Assembly: GCF_018402495.1 (NCBI RefSeq) | Contig: NZ_JAGYIU010000002.1 | Coordinates: 26,984-90,983, forward strand | DNA length: 64,000 bases | Source of the DNA: Pseudoalteromonas sp. | GTDB taxonomy: Bacteria > Pseudomonadota > Gammaproteobacteria > Enterobacterales > Alteromonadaceae | Reading direction: 5' to 3' | In this document: piece by piece, positions 1-10,671 of the stretch | How the letters are laid out: each line of letters begins with the position of its first letter | Position numbering within the stretch: position 1 is the stretch's first letter | Notes under the pieces: generated by a model | What the model was told of the DNA's origin: nothing | The model's database searches: none | What the model saw: the letters and a program-made list of their open reading frames with translations, nothing else | Made by a program: the position numbers and the translations under genes

Positions 1-279
1 TTTCCTGGCGTGGCCATGTTGACGATTAGTGCTGACCTACCTTTTGCACAAAAACGTTTTTGCAAAGCAGAAAATATCGATAAAGTTACGACACTTTCTG
101 ATTCTGTATGGCGTGATTTTGGCCAAAAGTATGGGTTAATAATTAAAGATATGGGGTTACTTACTCGCGCTGTTTTTATTCTCGATAAAAGCCATAAAGT
201 TATATATAAGCAATTAGTTAGTAGCTTATCAACCGAGCCTGAATACGATAGCGTTATTGAAAAGCTTAAAACGCTTTAA
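1..279 (+). CDS. tpx: thiol peroxidase Tpx, C-terminal part (5' end outside window)
   Basis: Frame 1 is open from base 1. The translation ...ISADLPFAQKRFCKAENI...TEPEYDSVIEKLK matches the conserved C-terminal half of Tpx, including the FAQxRFC motif. Confidence 0.85.
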   Translation, partial: FPGVAMLTISADLPFAQKRFCKAENIDKVTTLSDSVWRDFGQKYGLIIKDMGLLTRAVFILDKSHKVIYKQLVSSLSTEPEYDSVIEKLKTL

Positions 280-298
280 AGGTCGAATTTCAGATAAT

Positions 299-325
299 AA
301 AAAACCGCTATGAAGCGGTTTTTTT
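299..325. terminator. bidirectional rho-independent terminator between tpx and adk
   Basis: Hairpin accgc-tatgaa-gcggt, flanked by an A-run upstream and a T-run downstream. It sits between convergent genes. Confidence 0.7.
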
Positions 326-352
326 AATTATGCTTTTAATTTTAGATAAAAA

Positions 353-1021
<669 letters not shown>

Positions 1022-1100
1022 TTATTTTAAAGTCTGAATTCTTCCATAAGCGCTGCCGATACTCAAGTAACTTATACTAATTGCCTACGTAGCAGCGCAT

Positions 1101-1127
1101 AAAAAAGGGAACAAAGGTTCCCTTTTT
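1101..1127 (-). terminator. rho-independent terminator downstream of htpG
   Basis: Hairpin gggaac-aaag-gttccc. The A6 run on the plus strand reads as a T-run on the minus strand, 24 nt after the htpG stop. Confidence 0.7.
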
Positions 1128-1150
1128 ACTCAATCATTGATTTTTTGTGC

Positions 1151-3064
1151 TTATTTACTTAAATCAAGCATAAGTTTATTTAAGCGAGTGACAAATCCTG
1201 TTGGATCTTTTAAGGTACCGCGCTCAGCTAATAATGCTTGGTCTAGTAATACATGTGACCACTGCGCAAATTTATCTTCGTCTTGCTCATCATTTAAGTG
1301 CTTAACTAGCTGATGTTCAGGGTTTAGCTCAAACACAGGTTTAGCTTCTGGCACTGCTTGACCTACTGACTCCATCAGCTTTTGCATTTGCGAGCTCATG
1401 TCGTTGTCATCGCTCACCACACAGGCTGGCGAATCGGTTAGACGATGTGTAAAGCGTACTTCTTTAACATCATCACCTAGTGCGGTTTTTATACGCTCAA
1501 TAAGGCCTGCCACTTCTTTTTCAGACTCTTCTTGCGCCTTTTTAGTTTCTTCGTCGTCTAAAGCGCCTAAATCTAAATCACCACGAGTAATTGATTGAAA
1601 TTGCTTATCTGCAAATTCAGTTAAATGACTCATCATCCACTCATCAACACGGTCACTTAGTAGTAATACCTCAATGCCTTTTTTGCGGAAAATTTCTAAA
1701 TGCGGTGAATTTTTAGCAGCAATAAATGAGTCAGCAACAACATAGTAAATTTTATCTTGGCTGTCTTTCATTCGCTCAATGTATTGTTCAAGCGATACAT
1801 CTTGTGTTTGTGAATCTGTGTGTGTTGATGAAAAGCGCAATAATTTAGCAATGCTCTCTTTGTTAGCCGCATCTTCCGCTGGGCCTTCTTTCATCACTTG
1901 GCCAAATTCATTCCAAAACGTTTGGTAATCATCAGCTTTATTTTTAGCCATACGCTCAAGCATTTTAATAATACGTGACGTACACCCCTTGCGGATAGCT
2001 TGAGTTACTTTATTATCTTGAAGTATTTCACGTGATACGTTTAGTGGTAAATCATTTGAATCTAATAAACCTTTAACGAAGCGTAGGTAGCTTGGCATAA
2101 ACTGCTCAGCATCATCCATAATAAATACACGCTGCACGTAGAGTTTTAAGCCACTTTGGCGCTCACGGTTCCATAAATCAAACGGCGCCTTTTTAGGAAT
2201 GTATAACAAGCTAGTGTATTCCGTTTTACCTTCCACTTTGTTATGTCCCCAACTAAGTGGATCTTCCCAGTCATGGCTTACATGCTTGTAAAATTCTTTA
2301 TATTCATCTTCAGAGATTTCAGATTTATCACGTGTCCATAAAGCTGTAGCACGGTTAATGCTTTCCCACTCACCTGGAACTGCTGGGATTTTTTCACCGT
2401 CTTCACCTTCAGATTCAGGGACTTCTGGTTTGTACATTTGTACTGGTGTAGAAATATGATCCGAGTATTTAGTCACTATGCTACGAAGGCGCCATTCATC
2501 TGCGTACTCTTTTTCTTCTTCACGTAAGTGTAAAATAATGTCTGTGCCACGGCCTTCTTTTTCAATTTCTTGCAGCGTATATTCGCCTTCACCTTTTGAT
2601 TGCCATTCTACAGCTGTTGTTTCCCCAGCTTTACGGGTACGCACTGTCACTTCATCAGCAACGATAAATGCTGAGTAAAAGCCCACACCAAATTGACCAA
2701 TAAGTTGTGAATCTTTGCTTTGGTCGCCAGTTAAGTTTTTGAAAAACTCTGCGGTACCCGATTTTGCAATTGTACCTAAAGAGCTGATCACTTCATCACG
2801 TGTCATACCAATACCATTATCAGAAATGGTGACTGTGTTGGCTTCTTTATCAGCACTAATACGCACACGTAAATCAGCATCACCTTGATATAAATCGCCG
2901 TTTGATAACGCTAAAAAGCGTAATTTATCGGCTGCATCAGATGCGTTTGATACCAGCTCACGTAAGAATATTTCTTTATTAGAATAAAGCGAGTGAATCA
3001 TTAAGTTTAGTAGTTGTTTTACTTCTGTTTGAAAGCCTAATGTTTCTTTTTGTGCTGCAGTCAT
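1151..3064 (-). CDS. htpG: molecular chaperone HtpG (Hsp90)
   Basis: 637 aa. Contains the Hsp90 signature [36 protein letters not shown] and [11 protein letters not shown]. Confidence 0.97.
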   Translation of the reverse strand: MTAAQKETLGFQTEVKQLLNLMIHSLYSNKEIFLRELVSNASDAADKLRFLALSNGDLYQGDADLRVRISADKEANTVTISDNGIGMTRDEVISSLGTIAKSGTAEFFKNLTGDQSKDSQLIGQFGVGFYSAFIVADEVTVRTRKAGETTAVEWQSKGEGEYTLQEIEKEGRGTDIILHLREEEKEYADEWRLRSIVTKYSDHISTPVQMYKPEVPESEGEDGEKIPAVPGEWESINRATALWTRDKSEISEDEYKEFYKHVSHDWEDPLSWGHNKVEGKTEYTSLLYIPKKAPFDLWNRERQSGLKLYVQRVFIMDDAEQFMPSYLRFVKGLLDSNDLPLNVSREILQDNKVTQAIRKGCTSRIIKMLERMAKNKADDYQTFWNEFGQVMKEGPAEDAANKESIAKLLRFSSTHTDSQTQDVSLEQYIERMKDSQDKIYYVVADSFIAAKNSPHLEIFRKKGIEVLLLSDRVDEWMMSHLTEFADKQFQSITRGDLDLGALDDEETKKAQEESEKEVAGLIERIKTALGDDVKEVRFTHRLTDSPACVVSDDNDMSSQMQKLMESVGQAVPEAKPVFELNPEHQLVKHLNDEQDEDKFAQWSHVLLDQALLAERGTLKDPTGFVTRLNKLMLDLSK

Positions 3065-3106
3065 TTATGTATCTCCAATTTGCAAAGTGTCTGCGTTATG
3101 CACTTA

Positions 3107-3134
3107 ATATGGGGGGAGGTGTGAGAACTTCAAG
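3107..3134 (-). promoter_or_regulatory. sigma-32 (heat-shock) promoter of htpG
   Basis: The minus strand reads CTTGAA-N14-CCCCATAT, a near-perfect match to the sigma-32 consensus (CTTGAA / CCCCATNT). The -10 element ends about 43 nt upstream of the htpG ATG. Confidence 0.6.
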
Positions 3135-3373
3135 AGGAAAATATAAAAAAGCGATGCACAGAGGAAATTAACTTAAATTGGCTAGCATGAGATAGTAAAA
3201 GTTTGTCGCTAACAAGACCGTTCTTTTGAGTACTATATTAATATTTAATGCGCGCGATCAATTTTACAAAACGCATAAATGTTAGTATGTTGAATGCATG
3301 TTTTAAAACATTTAAGTGCTCTGTAGGGTCTGTTGACCTTTGATAATGCGTATAGACTTTAAACGGGGAATTA

Positions 3374-3886
3374 ATGAATTATTTTGCTGCTCGTCTGCAT
3401 CTCCTTTATGCCTTTTTTTTACGTAACGCAACCGCAGGTGCAGTGTGGTGGATTTTAACTGAAGGTGACCTATCAAGTTGGCCTGTTGGTTTAACGAGTG
3501 TGTTATTTTGCAGTGTTTTAAGCCTTTATATATACCCACCAAAAAGCCACAACATCAATGTGGTCGCAATGATTAAGTTTATGGGTTATTTTTTATTTGC
3601 TTCTGTTGTAGCGGGTATCGACATAGCAAAAAAAACCGTTAGTAAGCAACTAACAATACGCTCTGTAATGATCGAGTTTAATACACCTTTTCAAGGGCTG
3701 CCATTATGGGTATTTATGATCTCAATGAGTTTGCTGCCTGGCACTCTCAGTATTAGCACCACTAAACATGGATTAAAAATACATTGCCTAGATACAGAGG
3801 AAAAGATCATCCCAGAATTAATCCGCTTAGAAACTTATATTGCATGTATGTTTTCTTTACAACCATCTAACAGGGTAAGTAAATGA
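3374..3886 (+). CDS. mrpE: Mrp/Mnh-type cation:proton antiporter subunit E
   Basis: 170-aa membrane protein with an MnhE-like SLLPGTLSI motif. It is the first gene of a translationally coupled operon. Confidence 0.7.
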   Translation: MNYFAARLHLLYAFFLRNATAGAVWWILTEGDLSSWPVGLTSVLFCSVLSLYIYPPKSHNINVVAMIKFMGYFLFASVVAGIDIAKKTVSKQLTIRSVMIEFNTPFQGLPLWVFMISMSLLPGTLSISTTKHGLKIHCLDTEEKIIPELIRLETYIACMFSLQPSNRVSK

Positions 3887-4155
3887 TCGTTATTTATATC
3901 ATCACACTAGTCATTTTATTTTTATCTTTATTATTTGGGCTTATTAGAATTTTGCGTGGCCCAACAATGGCTGATCGCATAATGGCAACACAATTAATAG
4001 GCACAACTGCTGTTGCCACTTTACTTATTTTTGCAGAGCTGCAAACCCTTCCCTCAGCACGCGATGTTGCACTTGTGCTTGCACTGTTAGCTATGATGTT
4101 AACAGTTGCTTTTATTGCAAAGGTATGGGGTAAAAGCATTAAGGAAAAAAAATGA
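3883..4155 (+). CDS. mrpF: Mrp/Mnh antiporter subunit F
   Basis: 90 aa with three predicted TM segments and an MnhF-like LRILRGPTMADRIMA motif. Its start overlaps the previous stop (ATGA). Confidence 0.8.
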   Translation: MIVIYIITLVILFLSLLFGLIRILRGPTMADRIMATQLIGTTAVATLLIFAELQTLPSARDVALVLALLAMMLTVAFIAKVWGKSIKEKK

Positions 4156-4487
4156 CAGCAGTTATGGTTGCACAAAGTATTTTACTTATCACTGGTGCAT
4201 TATTTTTTTGTATTGGCTCGCTTGGTTTACTTAGATTTCCAGATACATATAGTCGTATTCATGCCCTGACTAAAGCTGACAATTTAGGTTTAGGTCTCAT
4301 TGTATTAGCACTTATTCTTAATGTTGATTCGTTCGCATTGGCTTTAAAGCTATTGTTGATATGGGCGCTGGTTATGTTAGCTAGTGCCTTAAGTGGTCAT
4401 TTAGTCGCCTGGCAAGCTAATAATTTATCGCTTGCTGTGCGTCAACCTAATGAGTCTGAACAACAAGTGAGTTCGGCGCATGAATGA
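4152..4487 (+). CDS. mrpG: Mrp/Mnh antiporter subunit G
   Basis: 111 aa with an MnhG/PhaG-like GSLGLLRFPDTYSRIHALTKADNLG motif. The start overlaps the upstream stop. Confidence 0.8.
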   Translation: MTAVMVAQSILLITGALFFCIGSLGLLRFPDTYSRIHALTKADNLGLGLIVLALILNVDSFALALKLLLIWALVMLASALSGHLVAWQANNLSLAVRQPNESEQQVSSAHE

Positions 4488-5430
4488 GCTAATTGATCTC
4501 GCATTAATAGCTATTTTATTGTTTATGGCTTTGTTTAGTGTACTGTCAGCAGTGCTTTTTAAAGCAATTATTTTTTTCATTCTTTTAGGCCTGATGTTAG
4601 CAATTATATGGATACGCCTTGATGCGCCTGATATCGCCCTAGCAGAAGCGGCAATTGGTGCAGGTATTACCGGTATTTTATTTTTAAATGCACAAGCACA
4701 ATTGCCCCCCCAACACACTCAAGCTTATACGGTATCAATGTGTAAACAATCACGTTTTTGGTTTGCGCTTATTGCCAGCCTAAGCACTATGATAGTGTTA
4801 ACCCTTGCAGTAAACCAACCGCTAAATCCAACAATATCAATTAATCAGCCTATCATCGAGCAGCTAAATGCATCTGGTGTTGAACATCCAATCACAGCAA
4901 TACTGCTTAACTATCGCAGCTTTGATACCTTACTGGAAATTGCAGTATTAGTGCAAGTGGCTGTTATTGCTTTGAGTTTACGTCAGCACGAACATATCAA
5001 AATACACAGCCCTACCCTGCCAAACCCTTTATTGCATGCATGTTTAACACTTTTTCTTCCTATGCTGTTTTTAGTTAGTATGTATTTATTATGGGCAGGT
5101 GCTTCACAACCTGGCGGCGCTTTTCAAGCAGGATCAGTATTAGCAGCCGCTTTTATACTTTTTTATCTTGCGGGTTTTAATACACCTATAAATAACCATG
5201 AGCTATATCTAAAGTTTGGCTGGGTTTTTGGCTTAAGTGTATTTTTAATGGTAGGCATATTAACACTTTTTACAGGAGATGCTTTGCTTGCATACCCGCT
5301 TGAATTTGCAGGTGTGTCGATTTTTTTCATTGAGTTTGCTGTCACTTTGTCGATTGGCTGGATACTTTTTAGCTTATTTGTATTATCTCAAAATATATCT
5401 CTTTCGAATGTGAAGGAAAATAATGAATAG
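4480..5430 (+). CDS. mrpB: Mrp antiporter subunit B-like (DUF4040-like N-terminus fused to MnhB-like C-terminus)
   Basis: 316-aa polytopic membrane protein. Contains an MnhB-like stretch GVEHPITAILLNYRSFDTLLEIAVL. Translationally coupled on both sides. Confidence 0.7.
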   Translation: MNELIDLALIAILLFMALFSVLSAVLFKAIIFFILLGLMLAIIWIRLDAPDIALAEAAIGAGITGILFLNAQAQLPPQHTQAYTVSMCKQSRFWFALIASLSTMIVLTLAVNQPLNPTISINQPIIEQLNASGVEHPITAILLNYRSFDTLLEIAVLVQVAVIALSLRQHEHIKIHSPTLPNPLLHACLTLFLPMLFLVSMYLLWAGASQPGGAFQAGSVLAAAFILFYLAGFNTPINNHELYLKFGWVFGLSVFLMVGILTLFTGDALLAYPLEFAGVSIFFIEFAVTLSIGWILFSLFVLSQNISLSNVKENNE

Positions 5431-5731
5431 TTATTTAATTTTTTCCTATGCCGGTGTAGCACTGTGCGGTATTGGCGTATTTGGTTTTATTTTTCATAGC
5501 CACTTAATAAAGCGTCTTATTGCGTTTAACATATTAAGTAATGGGGTGTTTTTAATTTTAGTTGGATTAGCACAAAATGCGCAAAAGCAACCCGACCACC
5601 TGCCGCAAGCACTTGTGCTTACAGGCATTGTTGTTGCTGTTGCAGCAACGGCATTAGCATTGGTTTTAATTAAGCAATGGTATGCAATAAGTCAACAAAC
5701 CACCTTACCTGAAGATCAGGAGCACCAATAA
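5423..5731 (+). CDS. mrpC: Mrp antiporter subunit C (NuoK-like)
   Basis: 102 aa with three TM segments. NuoK/MnhC-like sequence and position. Confidence 0.75.
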   Translation: MNSYLIFSYAGVALCGIGVFGFIFHSHLIKRLIAFNILSNGVFLILVGLAQNAQKQPDHLPQALVLTGIVVAVAATALALVLIKQWYAISQQTTLPEDQEHQ

Positions 5732-7179
5732 TGATGGGAGTGGCGATCAGCATGCCTGTCATTCTACCGCTTTTGGGCGCCATTATTTCTTTACTGTTGC
5801 CTGCTCGCTATAATAACCGTATAGCATTTATTTTTATGCTTGGCTTAGTAGTAAACGCCGCATGGTTGTTAATGCATTTTTCTGCACAAGGTCCCTATCA
5901 GCAAGTAATGGGAGGGTGGACACTGCCCTTAGGAATTGCATTACGCATAGACGCACTTGCTATTATTTTTAGTATGATGAGCTGCGTTGTAGCGAGTGTT
6001 TGCGGTTTTTATGCGCGCTTTTACTTACGTGCTAAACAACTCAAACAATTTTGGCCTTTTTTTTGGTTTTTATTAACGGCACTCAATACGATTTGGCTCA
6101 GTGCTGATCTTTTTAATCTTTATGTTGGACTTGAGCTTTTAACATTTAGCGCAGTGGGACTTGTGGCGCTTGGTCAAAATAAACACGCTTTAGCTGCAGC
6201 TTTGCGTTATTTGTTTGCTGCATTACTAGGTTCTATGGGCTACTTACTCGGCATTGCTTTGCTTTATGCTCAGTTCGGTACGCTGTCTTTATCGCAGCTT
6301 AGCGACGCTTTTTCGCTTACCACCACATCCGCTGTTGCGCTTGGGTTTATGTTTATTGGTTTAATGATGAAAACCGCCGTATTCCCCTTACACACTTGGT
6401 TACCCCCCGCACATGGCGGCTCATTAACCCCCGTGAGTGCTTTACTTTCGGCATTAGTCATCAAAGCCTCATTTTATATTTTATTGCGATTATGGATGGC
6501 ACTCCCCTTTGGTGAAAATGCATTCGTTATCGGCTCTTTAATGGGAACTTTAGGCGGTACCGCAATTATTTGGGGCAGTTGGATGGCATTAAATCAAACG
6601 CAATTAAAGCAGATTGTTGCATATTCAACGCTTGCCCAGATAGGCTATTTTATGCTGATCTTCCCTTTGTTTTCATATTCAGACCCCACGGCCAATCAAT
6701 ATGCCTTACACGGGGGCGTGCTAATGCTATTGTCCCATGCATTAGCCAAAGCAGGGATGTTCTTAGCCGCAGGTAATTTGCTAATTTGCACTAATAAAAC
6801 CGATTTAACATCATTAGCGGGGTTAAGTCGCTACAGACCACTGAACATATTTGCTTTTGGTTTAGCCGGCGTCAGTATTATGGGGTTACCACCAAGTGGC
6901 GGCTTTAATGGTAAATGGCTACTCGTACAAAGCGCTTTAATGCAATCTAAATGGGTATGGCTAATTATAATATTGCTAGGGAGCCTGCTTAGTGCAGCGT
7001 ATATTTTTAAAGTTTTTTCATATACCTACTTAGAAACTAAGGCAGGCGATAAATTTGAGCAACCGTCTGCTATGCTCGAATGGTCAGCATTAAGCTTATC
7101 TGTGTTAAGTATTTTACTCGGTTTCTTCTCTGTATGGGTACTTGATCTCCTCACCTTAGCTGAAATGAGGATGCCATGA
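5731..7179 (+). CDS. mrpD: Mrp antiporter subunit D (NuoM/N-like proton-conducting subunit)
   Basis: 482 aa. Contains the Proton_antipo_M-type motif FPLHTWLPPAHGGSLTPVSALLSALVIKASFY. Confidence 0.8.
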   Translation: MMGVAISMPVILPLLGAIISLLLPARYNNRIAFIFMLGLVVNAAWLLMHFSAQGPYQQVMGGWTLPLGIALRIDALAIIFSMMSCVVASVCGFYARFYLRAKQLKQFWPFFWFLLTALNTIWLSADLFNLYVGLELLTFSAVGLVALGQNKHALAAALRYLFAALLGSMGYLLGIALLYAQFGTLSLSQLSDAFSLTTTSAVALGFMFIGLMMKTAVFPLHTWLPPAHGGSLTPVSALLSALVIKASFYILLRLWMALPFGENAFVIGSLMGTLGGTAIIWGSWMALNQTQLKQIVAYSTLAQIGYFMLIFPLFSYSDPTANQYALHGGVLMLLSHALAKAGMFLAAGNLLICTNKTDLTSLAGLSRYRPLNIFAFGLAGVSIMGLPPSGGFNGKWLLVQSALMQSKWVWLIIILLGSLLSAAYIFKVFSYTYLETKAGDKFEQPSAMLEWSALSLSVLSILLGFFSVWVLDLLTLAEMRMP

Positions 7180-8678
7180 GCTTTTTAACTATGTTACCCG
7201 TTTGGGTGCTAATGACCTCTTTTTTAGCCGCCATGATAATTTTCATGTTACCTGAACACCGCCATGGCTTACGAACAACGATTAATATCGTGGCAGCTTT
7301 AATAAAAATTGCCTTCATTATTTTGCTATTACGCCTAGTTGCACAGCAATACACGCCTGAAGTGTCCTTTGAGCTGCTCCCTGGTTTATATTTTGTGCTC
7401 AAAGCGGACGCGCTAGCTATGTTGTTTGCAGGGTTGTCATCTATTCTTTGGCTATGTACTACAATTTATGCCATTGGCTATCTAGAAAATTCTCCTAATC
7501 GTAGCCGTTTTTTTGGGTATTTTAGCTTGTGTGTTGCAAGTACCATGGGTATTTCACTGGCAGGCAATTTATTTACTTTTCTGATATTTTACGAATTACT
7601 AACGCTTTCCACCTACCCGCTTGTTGTTCACAGAGGCACACAGCAAGCACTCAACGCAGGCCGTATTTATTTAACATATACGCTGATTGGCGGGCTTGTA
7701 TTACTGCTAGGTGTAGCATGTGTGTACGCCTTTGTAGGCGATATAGCGTTTGGTGATACAACAAAAATGGCTGAATTTGTTGCCCGTGAACCAGTGAGTG
7801 CCGCTGTCATATTTTTACTTTTGATCAGTGGCATGGCAGTAAAAGCAGCATTATTTCCTGTACATGGCTGGCTCCCTAAAGCAATGGTCGCGCCTGCGCC
7901 AGTGAGCGCACTATTGCATGCGGTTGCGGTCGTTAAAGCCGGTGCATTTGGCGTTATTCGTGTGGTATATGATGTTTTTGGTGTGGCTTTATCATGGCAA
8001 CAAGGCTACTTATTTGTATTGAGTATATTTGCCAGCTTTACAATTTTATACGGCTCATGGCGCGCAATACAACAAATAGATATAAAAAAGCGTTTAGCGT
8101 TTTCAACCGTCAGTCAAGTGTCTTACATTTTATTAGGAGTTACTTTGCTCGGGCCTATTGGCACCATTGGCGGGTTAGTTCATTTGTTACACCAAGGATT
8201 AATGAAAGTCACATTGTTTTTTTGTGCTGGAAATTATGCTGAAACACTGGGCATTCATAAAATAACTGAACTAAACGGTACGGGTAAACGCATGCCCTAT
8301 ACAAGCATTGCATTCACCGTTGGTGCATTAGGAATGATAGGGCTGCCTCCTATTGCAGGCTTTATAAGCAAATGGTATTTAGGTACCGGTGCACTGGCTG
8401 CCAATATGCAATGGGTTATTTGGGTGTTACTGGCAAGTAGTTTATTAAATGCTACCTATTTTTTACCTCTTTTACATCGTATTTGGTTTTTACCACAAAA
8501 AGGCCCATGGCCTGACGAAGTGAGTAATCAAAAAAAATACCGCGACGCCATACCACTATTACTTATTCCAACCTTAATTACGGCTGGTTTAAGTATTACA
8601 GCGGGGTTATTTGCAGGCTCAGATTTTAGCCCGCTAAGCTGGGTGCAATTAATTGTTACACGGGAGTATCAACCATGA
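7176..8678 (+). CDS. second NuoM/MrpD-like proton-conducting membrane subunit
   Basis: 500 aa. Contains the motif FPVHGWLPKAMVAPAPVSALLHAVAVVKAGAFG. It is a paralogue of the preceding gene. Confidence 0.8.
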   Translation: MSFLTMLPVWVLMTSFLAAMIIFMLPEHRHGLRTTINIVAALIKIAFIILLLRLVAQQYTPEVSFELLPGLYFVLKADALAMLFAGLSSILWLCTTIYAIGYLENSPNRSRFFGYFSLCVASTMGISLAGNLFTFLIFYELLTLSTYPLVVHRGTQQALNAGRIYLTYTLIGGLVLLLGVACVYAFVGDIAFGDTTKMAEFVAREPVSAAVIFLLLISGMAVKAALFPVHGWLPKAMVAPAPVSALLHAVAVVKAGAFGVIRVVYDVFGVALSWQQGYLFVLSIFASFTILYGSWRAIQQIDIKKRLAFSTVSQVSYILLGVTLLGPIGTIGGLVHLLHQGLMKVTLFFCAGNYAETLGIHKITELNGTGKRMPYTSIAFTVGALGMIGLPPIAGFISKWYLGTGALAANMQWVIWVLLASSLLNATYFLPLLHRIWFLPQKGPWPDEVSNQKKYRDAIPLLLIPTLITAGLSITAGLFAGSDFSPLSWVQLIVTREYQP

Positions 8679-10360
8679 CATTCTTGCAGTTTTGGCTGCT
8701 TTTAACCCCTTGCGCTCCTTTTCTGGCAATAACCGCTTTTTTTCATCCTAACTGGCGTAAATATTTGCCGTATTTAAGTGTGCTTGCCCCTTTACCTGCG
8801 TTAATACTGAGCTTTATGCCAAGTCAATCACTCTCAGTACCCTGGTTATTTTTAGGCAGCGTTTGGATGGCTGATGAAATGCAACATATTTTCCTTCGTG
8901 TTAGCGCACTACTTTGGTTTTTTTCAGCTTGTTATGGAGTAGGGTATATAAATAATAGTACGAAAGCACCGCGCTTTTGGCTGCTATGGCTAATGACATT
9001 AAGTGGTAATCTTGGCCTAATCATTAGCCAAGACATTGTTAGCTTCTATGGCTTTTTTGCATTAATGACCTTTTCGGCTTATGGACTCGTGATCCACAAC
9101 CAAAACAAAGCAGCATTATTTGCAGGTAAAGTGTATTTGGTGATGGCTGTGATAGGTGAAATGTTTATTCTTGCAGGGTTATTTTTAACCAGTGAGGCAG
9201 CCTCACACTCCAGTGTGTTATTTACAGATCTACGCGCATCACTCATTCATGCAAACAATCTACCACTTATCATTAGCTGTCTATTAATTGGCTTTGGCGT
9301 TAAAGCGGGTTTACCTTTTTTACATATGTGGTTACCACTCGCTCATCCTGTTGCGCCCACACCAGCAAGCGCAGTGCTTAGTGGAGCAATGATAAAAGCA
9401 GGCCTGTTTGCTTGGTTAACACTCATTCCACTTGGCATTATAACGCTGCCAAATATAGGCTTTACAATGCTACTATTAGGGCTATTTGCAGCCTTTGGTG
9501 CTGCCATTATTGGTTTTTGCCAATCTGCTCCAAAAGCTATTTTAGCGTATTCAAGTATTAGCCAAATGGGATTAATAAGCTGCGCTATTGGTACCGCGCT
9601 TATTTTTCCACAAAGTTGGCAAACGTTATTTCCTGTGGTTTTATTGTTTACCTTTCATCACGGCATAACCAAAGGCGCGCTTTTTTTATCGGTAGGAATA
9701 AAAGAGCACTACAAAAGCATACCTATAATTATAATATGCACTGCAATGCTCATACCTGCTTTATCACTCATCGGAGTATTTAACAGTGGTATCCATGCAA
9801 AATTAGCACTCAAACACGCGTTATCAGCGCCATACTTACCAACTTGGTTGTTACCAAGTATAACGGCCACCGCAGCCACCACAACGTTACTGATGCTGCG
9901 CTTTTTATATTGTTTATGGCTTGAAAAAGCAGTGACACCAAAGAAATTACCCCCGAGTATGTTGATCGGATGGCTTAGCCTGGTTAGTTTATGTGCGCTT
10001 GGACCATCGCTGTTGTTAAGCGAATTAACACTACCGACTATTTTGCAGCAATGGCAGCAGGCTTTAAATTTAGTATGGCTACCTCTATTTACATTACTTG
10101 TTTGGTATTTTTTACGTCCTTATTGTACCTACTCATTTAAAGCTGGTGACATACTTTTTCCCTTATTAAAAATAAAGGTATTTCTAGATTACATACAATT
10201 ACATCGGCCTGTTTTCAAGACACCATTAAAGTTGTCATTGGTGCAGCATTTACCAGCAATACTCAACAGACTTAATTGTATTGAACATACTTTTTCTCGT
10301 TATATTGCCGCGTCATTCATTTTAATAATCGCATTATTTGTGGTCGCTGTATTATTTTAA
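8675..10360 (+). CDS. third NuoL/MrpA-like proton-conducting membrane subunit (no fused MrpB domain)
   Basis: 561 aa. Contains the motif LPFLHMWLPLAHPVAPTPASAVLSGAMIKAGL. It is the last gene of the operon. Confidence 0.7.
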   Translation: MTFLQFWLLLTPCAPFLAITAFFHPNWRKYLPYLSVLAPLPALILSFMPSQSLSVPWLFLGSVWMADEMQHIFLRVSALLWFFSACYGVGYINNSTKAPRFWLLWLMTLSGNLGLIISQDIVSFYGFFALMTFSAYGLVIHNQNKAALFAGKVYLVMAVIGEMFILAGLFLTSEAASHSSVLFTDLRASLIHANNLPLIISCLLIGFGVKAGLPFLHMWLPLAHPVAPTPASAVLSGAMIKAGLFAWLTLIPLGIITLPNIGFTMLLLGLFAAFGAAIIGFCQSAPKAILAYSSISQMGLISCAIGTALIFPQSWQTLFPVVLLFTFHHGITKGALFLSVGIKEHYKSIPIIIICTAMLIPALSLIGVFNSGIHAKLALKHALSAPYLPTWLLPSITATAATTTLLMLRFLYCLWLEKAVTPKKLPPSMLIGWLSLVSLCALGPSLLLSELTLPTILQQWQQALNLVWLPLFTLLVWYFLRPYCTYSFKAGDILFPLLKIKVFLDYIQLHRPVFKTPLKLSLVQHLPAILNRLNCIEHTFSRYIAASFILIIALFVVAVLF

Positions 10361-10384
10361 ATTCAGTGTTAACTCACTTAATTA

Positions 10385-10600
10385 TACCGAGCTGCTTGGA
10401 TATGGGATCTATTTTGACGATAAGAAAATTGCTCTATAACTAGGCAAAATTTTTGATATTTAGTTGTTCTAAATGAAAAAGTTTAACAACGTTATAGGGT
10501 GATTTAATTCGTTAAATTGCTCAAATATTTATGCAGGTTGGAATTAACACCAATTTGCTTGGGTATGGGGTCACTTTTAACGATAAGCATGCACGTACAA
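10385..10600. repeat. intergenic repeat element, copy A (32-bp direct repeats at 10393-10424 and 10556-10587 flanking a ~130-bp body)
   Basis: tgcttggatatgggatctattttgacgataag and tgcttgggtatggggtcacttttaacgataag flank a body that aligns by eye with 25425-25615. Confidence 0.5.
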
Positions 10601-10606
10601 AGCCAA

Positions 10607-10637
10607 TAAAAAAGCCTACATCATTTATGTAGGCTTT
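10607..10637. terminator. bidirectional terminator between the mrp operon and recR
   Basis: Hairpin gcctaca-tcatttat-gtaggc, with A7 upstream (a T-run for minus-strand recR) and TTT downstream. Confidence 0.65.
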
Positions 10638-10671
10638 AATTTAAAGTTCAAATAGTTAGACGTAATATAAA

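Noticed and set aside
1398-2678. Plus-strand ORFs of 66 aa (1398-1598 and 2478-2678) inside htpG
   Set aside because: They are antisense shadows within a strongly supported conserved gene. The products are Ser/Arg-rich and low complexity. The same reasoning applies to the many 60-140-aa antisense ORFs inside mrp, dnaX, the tonB cluster, tolA, the amidohydrolase, ybbP and others.
3312-3542. 76-aa minus-strand ORF overlapping the start of mrpE
   Set aside because: It overlaps the htpG/mrp promoter region and the mrpE coding sequence. It has no recognisable motif or RBS.
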